64,000 bases of DNA, from positions 31,064,001 through 31,128,000 of the forward strand of contig NW_024704743.1 in NCBI RefSeq assembly GCF_018977255.1, written 5' to 3'. Made by a program: the position numbers and the translations under genes. Position 1 is the first letter of the stretch. The number at the start of each line of letters is the position of its first letter. Of this stretch, positions 1 through 12,143 are shown one piece after another. The stretch comes from Callorhinchus milii. Its lineage: Eukaryota. The notes below the pieces were generated by a model. That model was not told where the DNA came from. It made no database searches and saw only the letters and a list, made by a program, of their open reading frames with translations.

Positions 1-71
1 CCTGGAAATCCTCTTCTGTCTCTCCTGGAAAACCACATATAATATCTGTGGCAATTGTAATCCCTGGCACC
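1..71 (-). CDS. CDKAL1: Next CDKAL1 coding exon, 5' part only (continues beyond the window start)
   Basis: Acceptor tctttctcttttaacAG (73-72). The first base G completes the split Lys codon AA|G, then [23 protein letters not shown] follows, the sequence after FLKEK in CDKAL1. Confidence 0.95.
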
Positions 72-2807
72 CTGTTAAAAGAGAAAGATTCATACTTATA
101 CATCAATTAATAACTTGGAAGAATAAAGAGATCAAGCAGTTAAACAAGCTGAAACCAGGATTCGAACCAGCAACCTGTATGGCATAGCACTGTGGAAGGC
201 TGTATGCCTTCACCCACTGGCATGACCAACTTACATGACTATTCTACGCGTACGAAATGCAGCCCACATGCAGGGACTGGTTCCAGTTTGGCGTGAAGCT
301 AAGGTGAAGCTAAGACAGCAAAGAATAAAATGAACAAACATTTATACCGCAGCCTTCTCATTAAGTCTCTTGGAATTACAACATGAGTGGAAAATGGCCT
401 AAAGTTAGAGCACCTATTTGTGAAGTCTTCGTTCACTCTTTCCTGACTGAAAGCATTCTCCATATGTTCGCAGTAAGCCCAGGGCCTCAGATTACTCCTA
501 AGTGGTACGTAGAGGATGACTCCATTTGAAGACAACTGCAGTTTTTTCATTCGCCCAAAGACATGATGGCGACTGTAACATGCACTTCAAAAAGATTAAG
601 TGCCATAAAAAATGTATCAAGAGGGAAGAGGCGAAACTTTGCCCATATTTGATGTCAATTGATGCCATTTGTATACAGTGAAGCAAACCTGAAGAAACAT
701 CCATGAAATCAGAGCTAAAGGCTTCTCTCCAGAAAGGCAACTTGTATTAGGAACATACATGAAAACAGGGACAACCATACTGCAGATGTTAACCACTTTT
801 ATTTCAAGACCTCAAAAGCAATACACAAACATTTCTGAAATAAGTGAGCACAGAGTAGGGAATCTTTTTTCATGCCAAACCTAATTTATCAGCTGTAAAT
901 ATTATAATAAACAGGTTGAAATATAGATTGGGTTCATATTAAAATAATAGTGCAGAAACAGACCTTTAAAAAAAATGCAAAAAGAAGTTGCGCAACAACA
1001 AAATAAAATAATGTACAGACAGTTAAGCAGAGATGCGGATTCAAACTGGTGATCCATCCACTGAGTACACCAGGTGGTGCAGAAAGGAACTAAAACTTAC
1101 AAAATAACAAAGGTGTAGAAACAATGCCAAACTGATGTCAAAAGGATTGAAGCAACTTGACGGATGGCTTGTCACAGGTATGTGCTGATATATTCATTCG
1201 GCAAACAACTGACAATTCACATCAAAACCAGATGTGAAAAGATTCAGGTATTTTTGCAGGTTAGTTATAGTACCACAGCAGACTTGCACTGTCAGTGTGG
1301 CAGTGATATATCACTATAAAGCGATTGATTTAATTTTGAAGAACAGTTGTGCAGGCTCAGCTGGTTATTTTAAATTTGCACCACCTTATGTAAAAAGTGG
1401 AAACAATTTAATATGGCAGCTGTGTTAAATGCCCAATTCTTAACGGGTACCTCTACAGCTACAACGACTAAACTTACACCTTAAACAGCTTCACAGAGTT
1501 GATACCCTTCATACACGTATCAAAGTATTACGAGCCTCTGTGAAGACTGACCCCATCAGGAGTATTGCAACAGGGGTTTTAAAATCAATTTAAGTAGCTT
1601 CTCGCTGTGCAACTGACCCAGGCCAAAGTAAATCAATGGTTGGGTATTGCTCCCTCCCATTGCCCACTGCAAACCTGCTATGAGAGATGGAGGGTTGTGT
1701 GTCAGCCTGGCTCAGTGGTAGCACTCTCACCTCCAACAAAACACACCTTGCTGGCCAACAGCTGTCCAGTTTAATGTAAGGAAGAAATTAAATAAATAGC
1801 TTGTGACAATTATGGGTTTGAACACTTAAGCCTTCTTGTCTGTTGAATGGAATTAGATCTATCTCTGGAGGCAGCGCATAATGAAAAGCGTCCGATAACA
1901 CCAGCGGGAAAATTAGAATCCTACTGGACTTTGGATATCGAGTTATCCCATATAAAAGAGATCTGACTCCATAGCAAAAAAGAGTGATACTTCAGGGAGC
2001 AGACCCAATGACACTGCAAAACAATTCAACAGGTAACTTTGACATCTCCACTGCTCAAATAACATGAGCAAAAATGCAGAAAAAGGCCAGAAAAAAATTT
2101 GGTCTGGTACTCAGAAGCATCTGCCAGTCTCTGCTGTCATTATTTCGATAGCAGAAATAATAAAAGTAAATATGTAATGCCAGTCCCTCTGATGCAACTT
2201 GTGTAATGAAGACAGACATTCATACGTGGGTGAAACATCATTTTCTTACAAGTGTCCTTCGGAGTGCAGTGGGAAATGTAAAAGTGGCAGAGACTCAAAA
2301 TGTGTTCCTGTGCAGCAGCTCCAGTGCGGTGGCACATTTTGCTGTAACGTATAAGTGTTAGACTTTATCCAGTTGGCCCCAGAAGCAAACTACATTGACT
2401 ATTTTCAACTGAACATTATGGAAATCTTGATCCAAGCTCAAAATATCTTGGCGTGCTTATTATGTACATAGCACAATTCAACTGTATTTGGTCACATTTA
2501 AAATATACCTGCTAAAGATTACACATGCTGCTTAAAAGCAGCACATTTGAAAAGCCTTAATTTCCCATAATTTAAGCGGTTGTTTAATGTATTATAACAA
2601 TAGGACTTTCGTACAGTTTGAGGAGGTCATACATTTCATTGTTAGCAGTTTAAACAGCAATGATTCTTGCTTTTAAATAATGCCAATCCATTCAATTATT
2701 CCACTGAATATGCCCGTTTAAATCCTCACCGTTTGCCAACAATAGCAAAACTGTGCTAACCTCCTGCTACTCTCCTCCCTCAACTGAACACTGTGCCCTC
2801 TCCACCC

Positions 2808-3090
2808 GCTGGTAGTACATTGGAAGTCAGAAGGCTGTGGGTTCAAGCCTTATGCGGGACTGTGAACTCATGCAATCTAGGCTGACATTTCAGTCGCAGT
2901 ACTCGGGTTGTGCTGTATTATTGGAGGTTCCATCCTTCAAATAAGATGTTAGACGAATGGCCTGTCTACCATTAGAAATCCCATGGCACGATTCAAAATG
3001 AGAAGGGAGTTTTCTTGGTATTCCTGGCCAACGATGCATCAAATAAAATTGGTTTCATTTCATGTCTATTTCATGGCCATGTGATGATAC
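2808..3090 (+). mobile_element. Older tRNA-derived Deu-type SINE (SacSINE1-like)
   Basis: gtcagaaggctgtgggttcaagcc...atctaggctgaca...cagtact...aaatcccatggcac resembles shark Deu-SINEs as I recall them. Related heads at ~1704-1735 and 20245-20320. Confidence 0.65.
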
Positions 3091-3759
3091 AAGACAGGGC
3101 CTTATTATCAGCAGTTCACTGTATATCAAATAAAGGATTATTACATAACATTTCTGGTTCCAATATCTCTTACTTTGCATTTCTTTATATTAACATTCAC
3201 CCACCAATCCTTGGCTCATCTGCTTAATAGGTCCAGATTTTGTTTGAAAGTTAATGCATCATCATGATATTATTCACCAACTCACATTAATTGGGATCAT
3301 TGGAAAATGGACATTAAAGAACGTGCTCTTCTCCAAATCATTTACAGATAGTATGAACAGTAGGAAACGCAGATCAGAGGATTGTGGAACTCAACCAGAC
3401 ACTGCCCCAGATGGAGTTTTTTTTCTATTTATCACTTTCTGATTCCTGTTGTTAAGATAATCTCCAACCAACTGCATAGTTCAGAACACCAACAGCCAGC
3501 ATCATCTTTAAAACTGAAATTTACCAATGAGAAATGAAGCAGGAATAAAACATGGAAACAAACAATTAAATTGATTTCTCCCCAATCACGTTCCCTTTTC
3601 CAATTTTTCTTCCCCCTTACCAGGCTAACAGTAATTAACTAATTTTGAGAGCAATCTGGGACAGTGAGCATCAATAAGCATATCTATTCATGATAGTTAT
3701 CCAACACACGCACACACACACACACAGGCACATTTAGACACAGGGATTTTGGGTACAAA

Positions 3760-4020
3760 GCAATAACGGGGCAAGCCATGGCTGATTTTTCCCCTCTATA
3801 GCCAACGGGTGCTTGAGGTCAAATGTCGTGCCCTGTACTGACACCTCACTGCAGATCAACCAATTCAGCACAGACTGTGAATCTCCAAAGACTGTACAGC
3901 ACAAAACAGGCCACTCAACCCAATCAGCGTAAATCTCTACGAATCAATCTAATCTAGAACGCTCTGGTTTGCCTGGTTCGGTATCACACCACACATTGCA
4001 TTTACTCACTTGAGCCACCT
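3760..4020 (-). mobile_element. Old tRNA-headed SINE interrupted by a short CR1 3' end
   Basis: Antisense head ggtggctcaagtgagtaaatgcaatg; CR1-like tail ctgtacagcacaaaacaggccactcaaccc at ~3892-3921. Confidence 0.45.
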
Positions 4021-7000
4021 GCTGATGGGTAATAAGTGCAATGTGCATGGTATAGGCACTGGAATGTATTCCTTAAAAAGAGTATGAAAATCAACTGTAC
4101 AATGAAGAGTTAACTGCACAACCATATAGTTACGACCACTGAGGATTTCCTGGTGCTAAGCTTTAATCTGGAACGTATGTTGAACACCCTAAGTATGGAA
4201 TTTACTTGTCAGCGTTCCAATACACACACAACGGTTCGATCAGGACATCTGCAAAAGTGGAAAATTCTAATTATGATTTTAAAGAAAACATTGGATACAT
4301 ACACCATTGTAAATCAGGAAAATTCATGGGCAATTTAATTTTGGGCTCTGCCCCCATTTAACTTTTCACAAAATTAAATTTGACGGCACATTTCATTTAT
4401 TGGCGTGTGCTCTATTTTGATAAATAGGGGAGAGTTTGTCTCTACAAAAATCCTCTTTTTTCCCCTAAAAACTCTCACAAGGCTGGGCCACAAGATATTT
4501 TTACTGGGTATTTTCCTGATTTACAATATGTAAAACAGATAATTGCATTAAATCCACCAAGACTGGGTCAGTCTCAAATGGCTTTGGTTTATATGTGAAC
4601 TTCTATATTTACAGCAGCTATTTTTAGATATATTTGTTACAATTCAGAATATTCAAGGAATTGCTTGTGCCAGACGTCCTCCCATATTATTGATTTTCTG
4701 CCATCTACAGCCCTGAAATTTTAATTTGATTTATTGTTTTGAAGGTATCAAATGTTTCCATTTACCGCCCCCCCACCCCCATGTACCCCCAAGTCCTTCT
4801 GGTTATGGACCAAGTTGCAGTTTGGAAAATATGCAGGGGACCTGTTGTTTGGTATTAGCTGCACTAAGCAGGCTGTAGGAAAACAAACTAGCCCAGAAGA
4901 ATTTCCCCTTCCATCCAACGGGAGGCTGTTGGTTCCTACTGGCACATCCTCATTGTGAAGAGTCTGAGACTCAGTACGTGGAGAATGGGAGAGTTGAACC
5001 CGAGGGCGATCACCCCGTGTGTTTCACTGAGATCAGTCTCCGTATCACTCTGAAACATCATTTTTTTAAAAATCATATCAACAGGTCATGCAACAAAAAA
5101 ACTAATCACTGGCCTAAGCAACACCAATATCAGATCAGTATACCTCAAGCAGAATGGAGGTCAGCTTTTGTTCATCTGGACAGTCAATGTGCAGAACCGG
5201 TTCACATCATACATAGATATAGCGAATAACAAAAGCAAGAACTTGCATTTTCATTTTGTATTATCAGGTTGAAACCTCTCAAAGTACTTCAGTCTAAGAA
5301 ATGTTGAGACACATATTCAGTTAAGAACTGGATTGAAGGACACGGGGATAAGCACAGAGATAACATAACCAACCACTCTTTGGGGAACTGGAAATGAAAT
5401 CTTGTGAAATTCAACTGGTCAGGGTTAAACTGCGTAGATTGTAAATGTTAGAATGATATTCTGCTGTGTTTATCAATTACTTTTGAGGGTCAGATAGAAC
5501 TTGACTTTCTGGGAGGCTTTCTAATTGCACTTTCCCAGGGTTGGGGAATTCAGGATCAGCTTCCTGAGCATGGTGTCTCTCCAGGAGACAAGTAACTGCT
5601 CCCCAACAATGTCCTCGGAGCAAAATGGTGCAGGAGCAAATAAGGCCCCAGGCATTTAGGCCAGGCTTAAGCAATGCATTGAAACAAAGCTGAGGGAAAC
5701 AATATTTAGGCCTAATTTCCAACATTTTTGGAATTACCAAAAGCCGATGAAGCAAAATAAGGCCAGAGAGAAAACAGATCTACTTTTTAGATGGCTTTCG
5801 GGTAACCACAATTAGCCATTTTATGAATATTGCAAATTAAACGTCTTTCCATTTTCAAAACCAGAAGTTACAATTAATATAGGACTTTGAATCCTATTTG
5901 CAAATATCGCAAATTCAATCCCAGTGTGAGCAATTTTTATATCCAGGGAGAGTACTCTGAACACAATGTATTCCCTCTAGATTTTATTTTCCCTTTAAGT
6001 TCTGTTGCAATGTGGCTGTTACTCTAGCAATCCAGCAGCCCTGATCTTAAGGGTTATTGCAGGTTTAAATTATGTAAAACTATAGAAATTAAATTAGATA
6101 AATCAAAACCAATATTTGAACCATAGAGAATTAATGGTGCCTTTGTACTTTTGTTACCATTTTAAGTATGCACAATTCCTTCCAATTTTTCTTCAGTGCT
6201 CTATGAATCATGAAAGAAAATTATTCGTAAAGGTCGGTTGTGCAAGTTGCTGTGAATAATGAGAAAATACCAAATCCTCAGACATTCAAATGCTCTTAAT
6301 TTGTTGGGAGAAATAAATGGCTTTCTGTTATAACAGTTGTTTTTATTACAATTTCGAACAGAGACCGCTTACAATAAACAACACCTAACAGTGGCTGCAC
6401 ATTAGGAACCAGAACACAGCTGATTGGTACTGTCTAAATATCCTGTCGAGCTTCTGACATTTGCTGACGGTAAGACCGCATACTGCACAGAGTTGAGTGC
6501 AAAATTCCTAGGTAATTTAACAGCCACACCAAAAGTATCAGCACAAGGTTAATTCAAAAATCCCATATAGATTTCTTTAGAAAAGACCCTGAAGTGAACT
6601 ATTCCTGTTATTCATGCACAAGGTCCCATATCAAATGCAAGGATTATTCTTATTATTGTTGTTATTGTTACAATATGCTTTTATTTTGATGCCAAAAATA
6701 ATCTGAATGGTTTACAAAATGATTCAGGAGATTATTCCATCTGCTTTCTTAGTTTGAAATGAAGAGCTCCTAAATCCCTTATAGGGCTGCAAGGCATCGA
6801 GGCACTAGACAAATTCCTAACTAAGTATTCTACTGGGAGCTGAAAAGCAGTAAGTGTGTTCGTAGAAGAAGTGGTTAAAGATGCTTTGAAAACAACTTCA
6901 AGGCTTGGAACTCCCTGCTGACCACTGAAAGGGCATGGTTTTAGATAGACTTTGTTTGTGTACTACCCTGGTGAGGCACACTTCAAAAGCAAACACATCT

Positions 7001-7346
7001 GTGAGTTAAGAAGTGAGAAAAATCACAAATTGTCACAGGGACTAAAGCAATAGACTTGCAGTGAGGCCAGACCACCCTCCGTACTTGGGCCAGGTTTCTG
7101 TCACAGTGAACAAAACTGTAGAAATGAAGAAACTTCCAGTCACCCTCGATTAGGCGAACATCCAAAACGTAATGTAAACTGTACAATCTGCCTAAATATT
7201 ACTGAAAGATTAAATAAGTACCATGGTGGAAGCTGCACCGTAAAGTTAGATGTATGTTTTGTTTAATAATAATCATCCTTGCACTTGATGCAGCTTCTTA
7301 TCACGCTGTTGACATCTCAAAGCGCTTCATAGAATATACTATAAAG

Positions 7347-8038
7347 GATCTCCTCGCCGGCCTTCCCGCCACCTCCCTCCACAAGCTGCAGGTCATTCAG
7401 AACTCTGCAGCTCGTGTACTGTCCCGCACCAGGCTTCGGGACCACATCACTCCCACCCTCGCTCGCCTCCACTGGCTCCGCATCCCCCAGAGGATTGATT
7501 TCAAGATCCTCATCCTCACCTACAAGGCCATTCACGGCCTTGCTCCCTCCTACCTCTCCAACCTACTATCCCCCTACCTACCTGCCCGTACCCTCCATTC
7601 CTCTGGCTCCGGTCTGCTCCACGTCCCCCGCCCCAACCGCCCTACCATCGGTGGTCGGGCCTTCAGCCTCTCAGCCCCCAGGCTCTGGAACTCCATCCCC
7701 CAGTGCCTTCTCCTTGCTTCCTCCCTTTCCTCCTTCAAGGCCAGTCTCAAAACCTTTCTCTTTGACCGTGCCTTCAGCTCCCCTCTCGATTCTCTTCCCC
7801 CTCCTCGCTCCCTCCCTTCCCTCCCCTCACCCTGACCATTTCCCCGCTCCTCGCTCCCTCCCTTCCCTCCCCTCACCCTGACCATTTGCCCCCTCCTCGC
7901 TCCCTCCCTTCCCTCCCCTCACCCTGACCATTTCCCCCCTGCTCGGGTCATGACCCAACTGTGCAGCGCCTTGGGACGTCCTCCTGACGTGAAAGGCGCT
8001 TTATAAATGGAATCTTGTTGTTGTTGTTGTTGTTGTTG
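7347..8038 (+). mobile_element. L2-clade LINE, young 5'-truncated copy
   Basis: LQVIQNSAARVL...LHWL...RIDFKIL...GGRAFS...APRLWNS ORF2 C-terminus. 3' stem-loop gggacgtcctcctgacgtgaaaggcgct and (TTG)n tail. Confidence 0.93.
7801..7938 (+). repeat. 46-bp tandem repeat x3 in L2 3' UTR
   Basis: Unit ctcctcgctccctcccttccctcccctcaccctgaccatttcccc(g) starts at 7801, 7847 and 7893. Confidence 0.93.
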
Positions 8039-8073
8039 TGTAATTTGTGGGCTAAACTCGGCAGCCAATTGTG

Positions 8074-8594
8074 ACCATCTTCCTTGGAGGGGGGGAGGTA
8101 AGCACGGTCTCCTTGGAGCTGAACTGGCTTCAAGGTAACATGTTTGGAAATGGAATGTGGGAATCAGGCCAGCCCTCTGTGGCAATCTCGATAGTCCGGT
8201 TCCTGAGCCAGGCAGGTCCGCAGTATTCCAGGGCACTGCTGATGACAGAACAGCCAGTCTGGCTCTTCGGCAGGAGAAGGGCAGACCAGTCACTGGGGGC
8301 AGGGAGTCATCCCACTCAGCTCCTGGTAACCCTGCAAGCCAAAGCCCTAACGGGGAGGGTGGTCCTAGCTGGACAAGCGGCGGGAAAGCTTGCCAGACAA
8401 CAATATCAATGGCAAGCTGGTTAGACTCCAGCAGTACCCAACACACACTCTGGTGTCCCCAAGCGTTGGCTCTTGCCAACCTGCGCCTAATACTTTCCAG
8501 AATTAGGTTAAGCAGGATGAGTCCTTCCAGGGAGAGTGTGCATTGCATTCCAACAATCTATTTCAGTCACCCAGCTGCCAAAAAAAGAAAAAAA
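8074..8594 (+). mobile_element. 5'-truncated copy of the fold-back RTE-like family, with poly(A) and TSD
   Basis: Colinear with ~30740-31220. Ends cacccagctgcc-A7GA-run. Flanked by aattgtg (8067-8073) and aattgcg (8595-8601) inside a SINE. Confidence 0.8.
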
Positions 8595-9154
8595 AATTGC
8601 GCACAGCAGCGTCCCACAAACAGTCGTGGATTGAGTGATCAAATCTTTTTGGAGGGATTTGAAAGTGATCCACCAATCAACTAACAACCAAGTTCCTACT
8701 TCCTGCCAGGTAAACAATGATACGTGGTGTAAACTTGCCTAAGGTTTCCCTGCCCGGGTCCCCTCGCTTGCGAGCCGAGTGAGCTAATAACTTTGCTTCA
8801 GGACATTGCTTAAGAAATGAAACGCTCAATGGCAGTTGAAGTAGGCATGAAATCCACCTTCACCAAAGCATATAGAGCCGAATGACTTTTAGCTCTGAGT
8901 CTGGTTTCAAAGGCATTTTATGGAATTCCCTTTTAACACTACAACTGTAAAAGCCCTCGCTCCACAGAGAACCATATTTGGTCTCAGTGCCCCTGGGGTA
9001 GGAAGGCGAAACAAAATCATCTAGCCTTCTTGATGCTAATCTCTCGTCAGTTTTCTGTGCTGGAGAGTGCACCTGTGTGGAAAGGATTGAATAAAGCTCA
9101 GCTGAGAGGCGGAGTAACCTGCTGATTATTACCTAAGGTGGAGTCCACCTTGTG

Positions 9155-9465
9155 GAGACCTGTTGCTCAGTGGTTAGAGCACTCGCTTCGCAAGCGAGAG
9201 ATTTGGGTTTGATTCCCGGCAGGGCGAAACCTTGGGCAAGTTTACTTACTCCACACGCCTGATAATAATCTCTCAAGAAAAAANTAATAAATTGGTCACT
9301 TCAATCCACGACTGTGCGGGACACTGCTGTGCGCAATTGGCTGCCGCGTTGCACCCACAAATATACAGTCAATTCACTTTACAGTATATTCTGCGAAGCC
9401 CTTTGAGACGTCTAAAAGACATGAAAAGCACTATATCAAATGCAAGGATGATGATTATTATTATT
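9155..9465 (+). mobile_element. tRNA-derived SINE with Deu-like core and L2-type tail, full length
   Basis: tRNA-like head gctcagtggttagagcactcgc...gtttgattccc; core gctgtgcgcaattggctgccgcg; tail aaatgcaagga(TTA)n. Confidence 0.9.
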
Positions 9466-10074
9466 AATTACCTAGGCTCACATGTAAAGAATACCTACTT
9501 GGGTGAGATAGCAGAGGGCTGTGGGCATCCTTGGAAATGTACTCACTTCTGAGTCAGTGCTTTCAGGAGAAAAGATGAAAAAAATGAAACGCTCCCACCC
9601 ACCCCCTTTTCCAAATCATAGTTAAGATGAAGTCAATAACTTCTAAAAGAACACTGAAAATGCTAGAAGGGCAGTGGTGGGGGTAAGCAGGAGACTGGAA
9701 TTTGACTGCCTTCTGTTTAAATTGAAATCAACACCTTTGCAGTCTCCCTGACAGATTTTATCACATTTTCTTCCTTTCTTATAGCTTTCCTACCACTTAA
9801 TTACAAGATAATGCCAGGCAAAATTAAAGAAAAATTAAGAACAGTAAGATAGAAGAAATAGAGCCAAGCTTAAATAAGACAACATAGCTAAGGGAACAGA
9901 ATACGAACATTAAACATCCAAAGTACAATTCCATTGAACAAAGATGAACAAATGTAGTCTGAATGAATAAATTCAAAAAAGCTAACTTGTTTAGGTTAGA
10001 AAGGAGAAAGGGATGAGCAACTGCCCACATTTGCGTTTTAGTTTGTAGGTTTTGTACTTGTGGCTGCAGGTGTA

Positions 10075-10550
10075 GATGTTGGCACGAGCAAGTGTGTCCG
10101 TAAGAGCCCAAAGGGAAGAAACTCTGAGGCTTGCGGCGACAGCTGCTGGAAGGCGTTACCTGGAGTCCAAGTTCTTGAACACGCGTTCAGACATCCAGCA
10201 CCTGGAATCCACGTTGATTGGATTTCAGAGAGGTAAGCAGCTGATGCTCGAGGTCTCCACCTTCAACTGGAGGAACCATCGCATAATGGAAAGGGATGTG
10301 TGTCCAACTGCGGACAGGAATATGGTGGCATTGCAGGGATTCTTCCCCCTCAGTTCCCAGTAACCCTGCAAGCCAAATCCCTTACGGGTAAGGTAGTCCT
10401 AGCTGGACAAGCAGCAGGAAAACTTTCCAGGCTGCACTGTCAATGGGAAGCTACGCAGCTTTAGCTGGTTAGACTCCAGCAGTATCCTAACTCTGGGGTC
10501 CTCAAGACTCGGCTCTTGCCAAACTACGCCTAATACTTTCTGGAATTAGG
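10075..10550 (+). mobile_element. Internally deleted copy of the fold-back RTE-like family, spanning the hairpin centre
   Basis: 10120-10318 matches 30435-30635 (gaaggcgttacctggagtcc, aggtaagcagctg, aatggaaagggatg). 10340-10550 matches 30950-31165. Confidence 0.8.
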
Positions 10551-11719
10551 GAAAAGAAGCTTCCAAACTATCAGAGTATCTGGGAAATAAAGGCTTATTA
10601 TCAAACCTCTAAAAGACAGTTGATGACCAAAATCGCAAGAGCTTACATAAGGCAACAGCACAAAAAGGGTAAGTGTTACTCCATTAGAGCCAAAGTAAGT
10701 GAACAATACCTGGCCACAATGATCATGTGAGGACAGGAATCGCAGATAGAGAAAACAGGCCAACAAAGCAAAAGCTAATAAGAAAGAGCAGGAACAAAAG
10801 CCATTGAGAAATAGGGGCAAAGGAACGAATAACAGCATATTCAAGAGCAAGTCAGCCAAAGAGAAAAATAAAGCATGCTTGACCAACCTGTTTATTATAA
10901 ATCTAAATCTGCATAATTGCTTTTTTATGTCTAATGTGAAAATATGGTCTTTTTGATGCAGTTCTGTTTATTGCTCCTGCCATTTTACAATTTATTATAC
11001 TTTGAACCAGAGTAGGTTTTAATAACACCTTCAATTTATCCATACCTACATAAATAAGCAATACGTTGGAGCCATTAATGAATTCAATGGAAACTAGCAT
11101 ATCAATTAAATAAAGGGAACTCCTAAACACCCGAATAAAGCAAACAGAATTTCTGTTATTAAAATTCTGAACTGATTAGAAACAGAAAACATTAATTCTT
11201 CCTTGTGACTTGAAGTTGCTTTGCATAATTCAGTCGATATGAATAATGCTTTGAGAGAATGACAGATTCAAAACCTATTGTTGTTACCGACAAGACAAAT
11301 GTTTGAAGTATTTTTTAAAAAAAAAATAATTCTGGACTACATACTTAGAAATTTGACAATAAACTGCTCCAAGAGAGAGAGAGAGGACATGGAGGGAGAA
11401 AGATCAGAGCACAGGATTCTAAATGTGCCAAGTTGGGAAATTAAAGCAATCCTCCTTCTTTCTCCCTCTCCACCTCTGAAGTGTTTGAATATATATCGCT
11501 TGTAAACTAATAATATTATTAATAGCTACAAATGCATTACGCGCATAAAATAGCTACAAATCCATTACACACATGCTGGCCAGATTCAAGATGACTTAAA
11601 CGTGTTTTCATTTCCACTTTTTAAAAACAAGATTAATGAGATTAATGAAAGACCTTGCAAATTTTCTATTCTCAGTTACAATTGGATTATTTCTACCCCT
11701 CTAATTTTTTCCTGTCCCC

Positions 11720-11975
11720 AAAGCATTGCCAAAGGAATTGAGTTCAGATCCCCAGATGTTGTACTTAAGCTGTCGAGTGATCTGGTCAGACTGCACCAAG
11801 AGTATTATGTACAGTTCTGGTTGTTGCAACATAAAGGGGCTGCCCAGGTCGTAGAGGCAGGGCAGAGGAGAGCAATCAGGATGATTTCCAGCATTCGAGG
11901 AGTGAGCTTTGAGCAATGGTCAGACAAGCTTGGCTCTAGACTTTAAAAGAGATGTCTTAGAGGAGACCTTATAGA
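11720..11975 (+). mobile_element. CR1 fragment
   Basis: IAKGIEFRSPDVVLKL..LVRLHQEYYVQFW...QRRAIRMI. Confidence 0.85.
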
Positions 11976-12143
11976 TACAGGGTTCGTTGTCAGACTCCGC
12001 CACTGTGAAGTGCTCCGGGACACTGCCCATGTGAAGGGCACTATATAAATGCAAGTTGTTGTTATTGTATATGAGGGAGCAAGTGGAGGGATTGGGGATG
12101 GGATTCCAGAGAACGGGGGCAGAAGGGGAGTCGACTTTTCAAA

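Larger units (their letters stand above)
7265..8795 (-). mobile_element. Same SINE family (long form), split into three pieces by L2 and RTE-like insertions
   Basis: Pieces 7265-7346 (tail), 8039-8073 and 8595-8795 are consecutive parts of the antisense SINE. Confidence 0.8.

Noticed and set aside
4840..4890. tattagctgcactaagcaggctgtaggaaaac resembles the fold-back family
   Set aside because: Too short and gapped to distinguish from chance.
8239..8290. CTGATGA hammerhead-like core in the 8-kb copy (also at ~19235 and ~37657)
   Set aside because: No stem II followed by GAAA and no closing stems; not conserved in the 30-kb copy.
7254..8684. Long ORFs in the track (193, 209, 175 aa; also 23882-24775 and 52690-53361)
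   Set aside because: All are LINE fragments or their alternative and antisense frames, not host genes.
9155..9230. tRNA-like sequences with A/B boxes (also near 20560-20630, 35080-35146, 47961-48030)
   Set aside because: They are SINE heads continuing into SINE bodies, with no complete cloverleaf.
11521..11574. 28-bp tandem duplication (aatagctacaaatScattac)
   Set aside because: Ordinary slippage duplication with no further structure.
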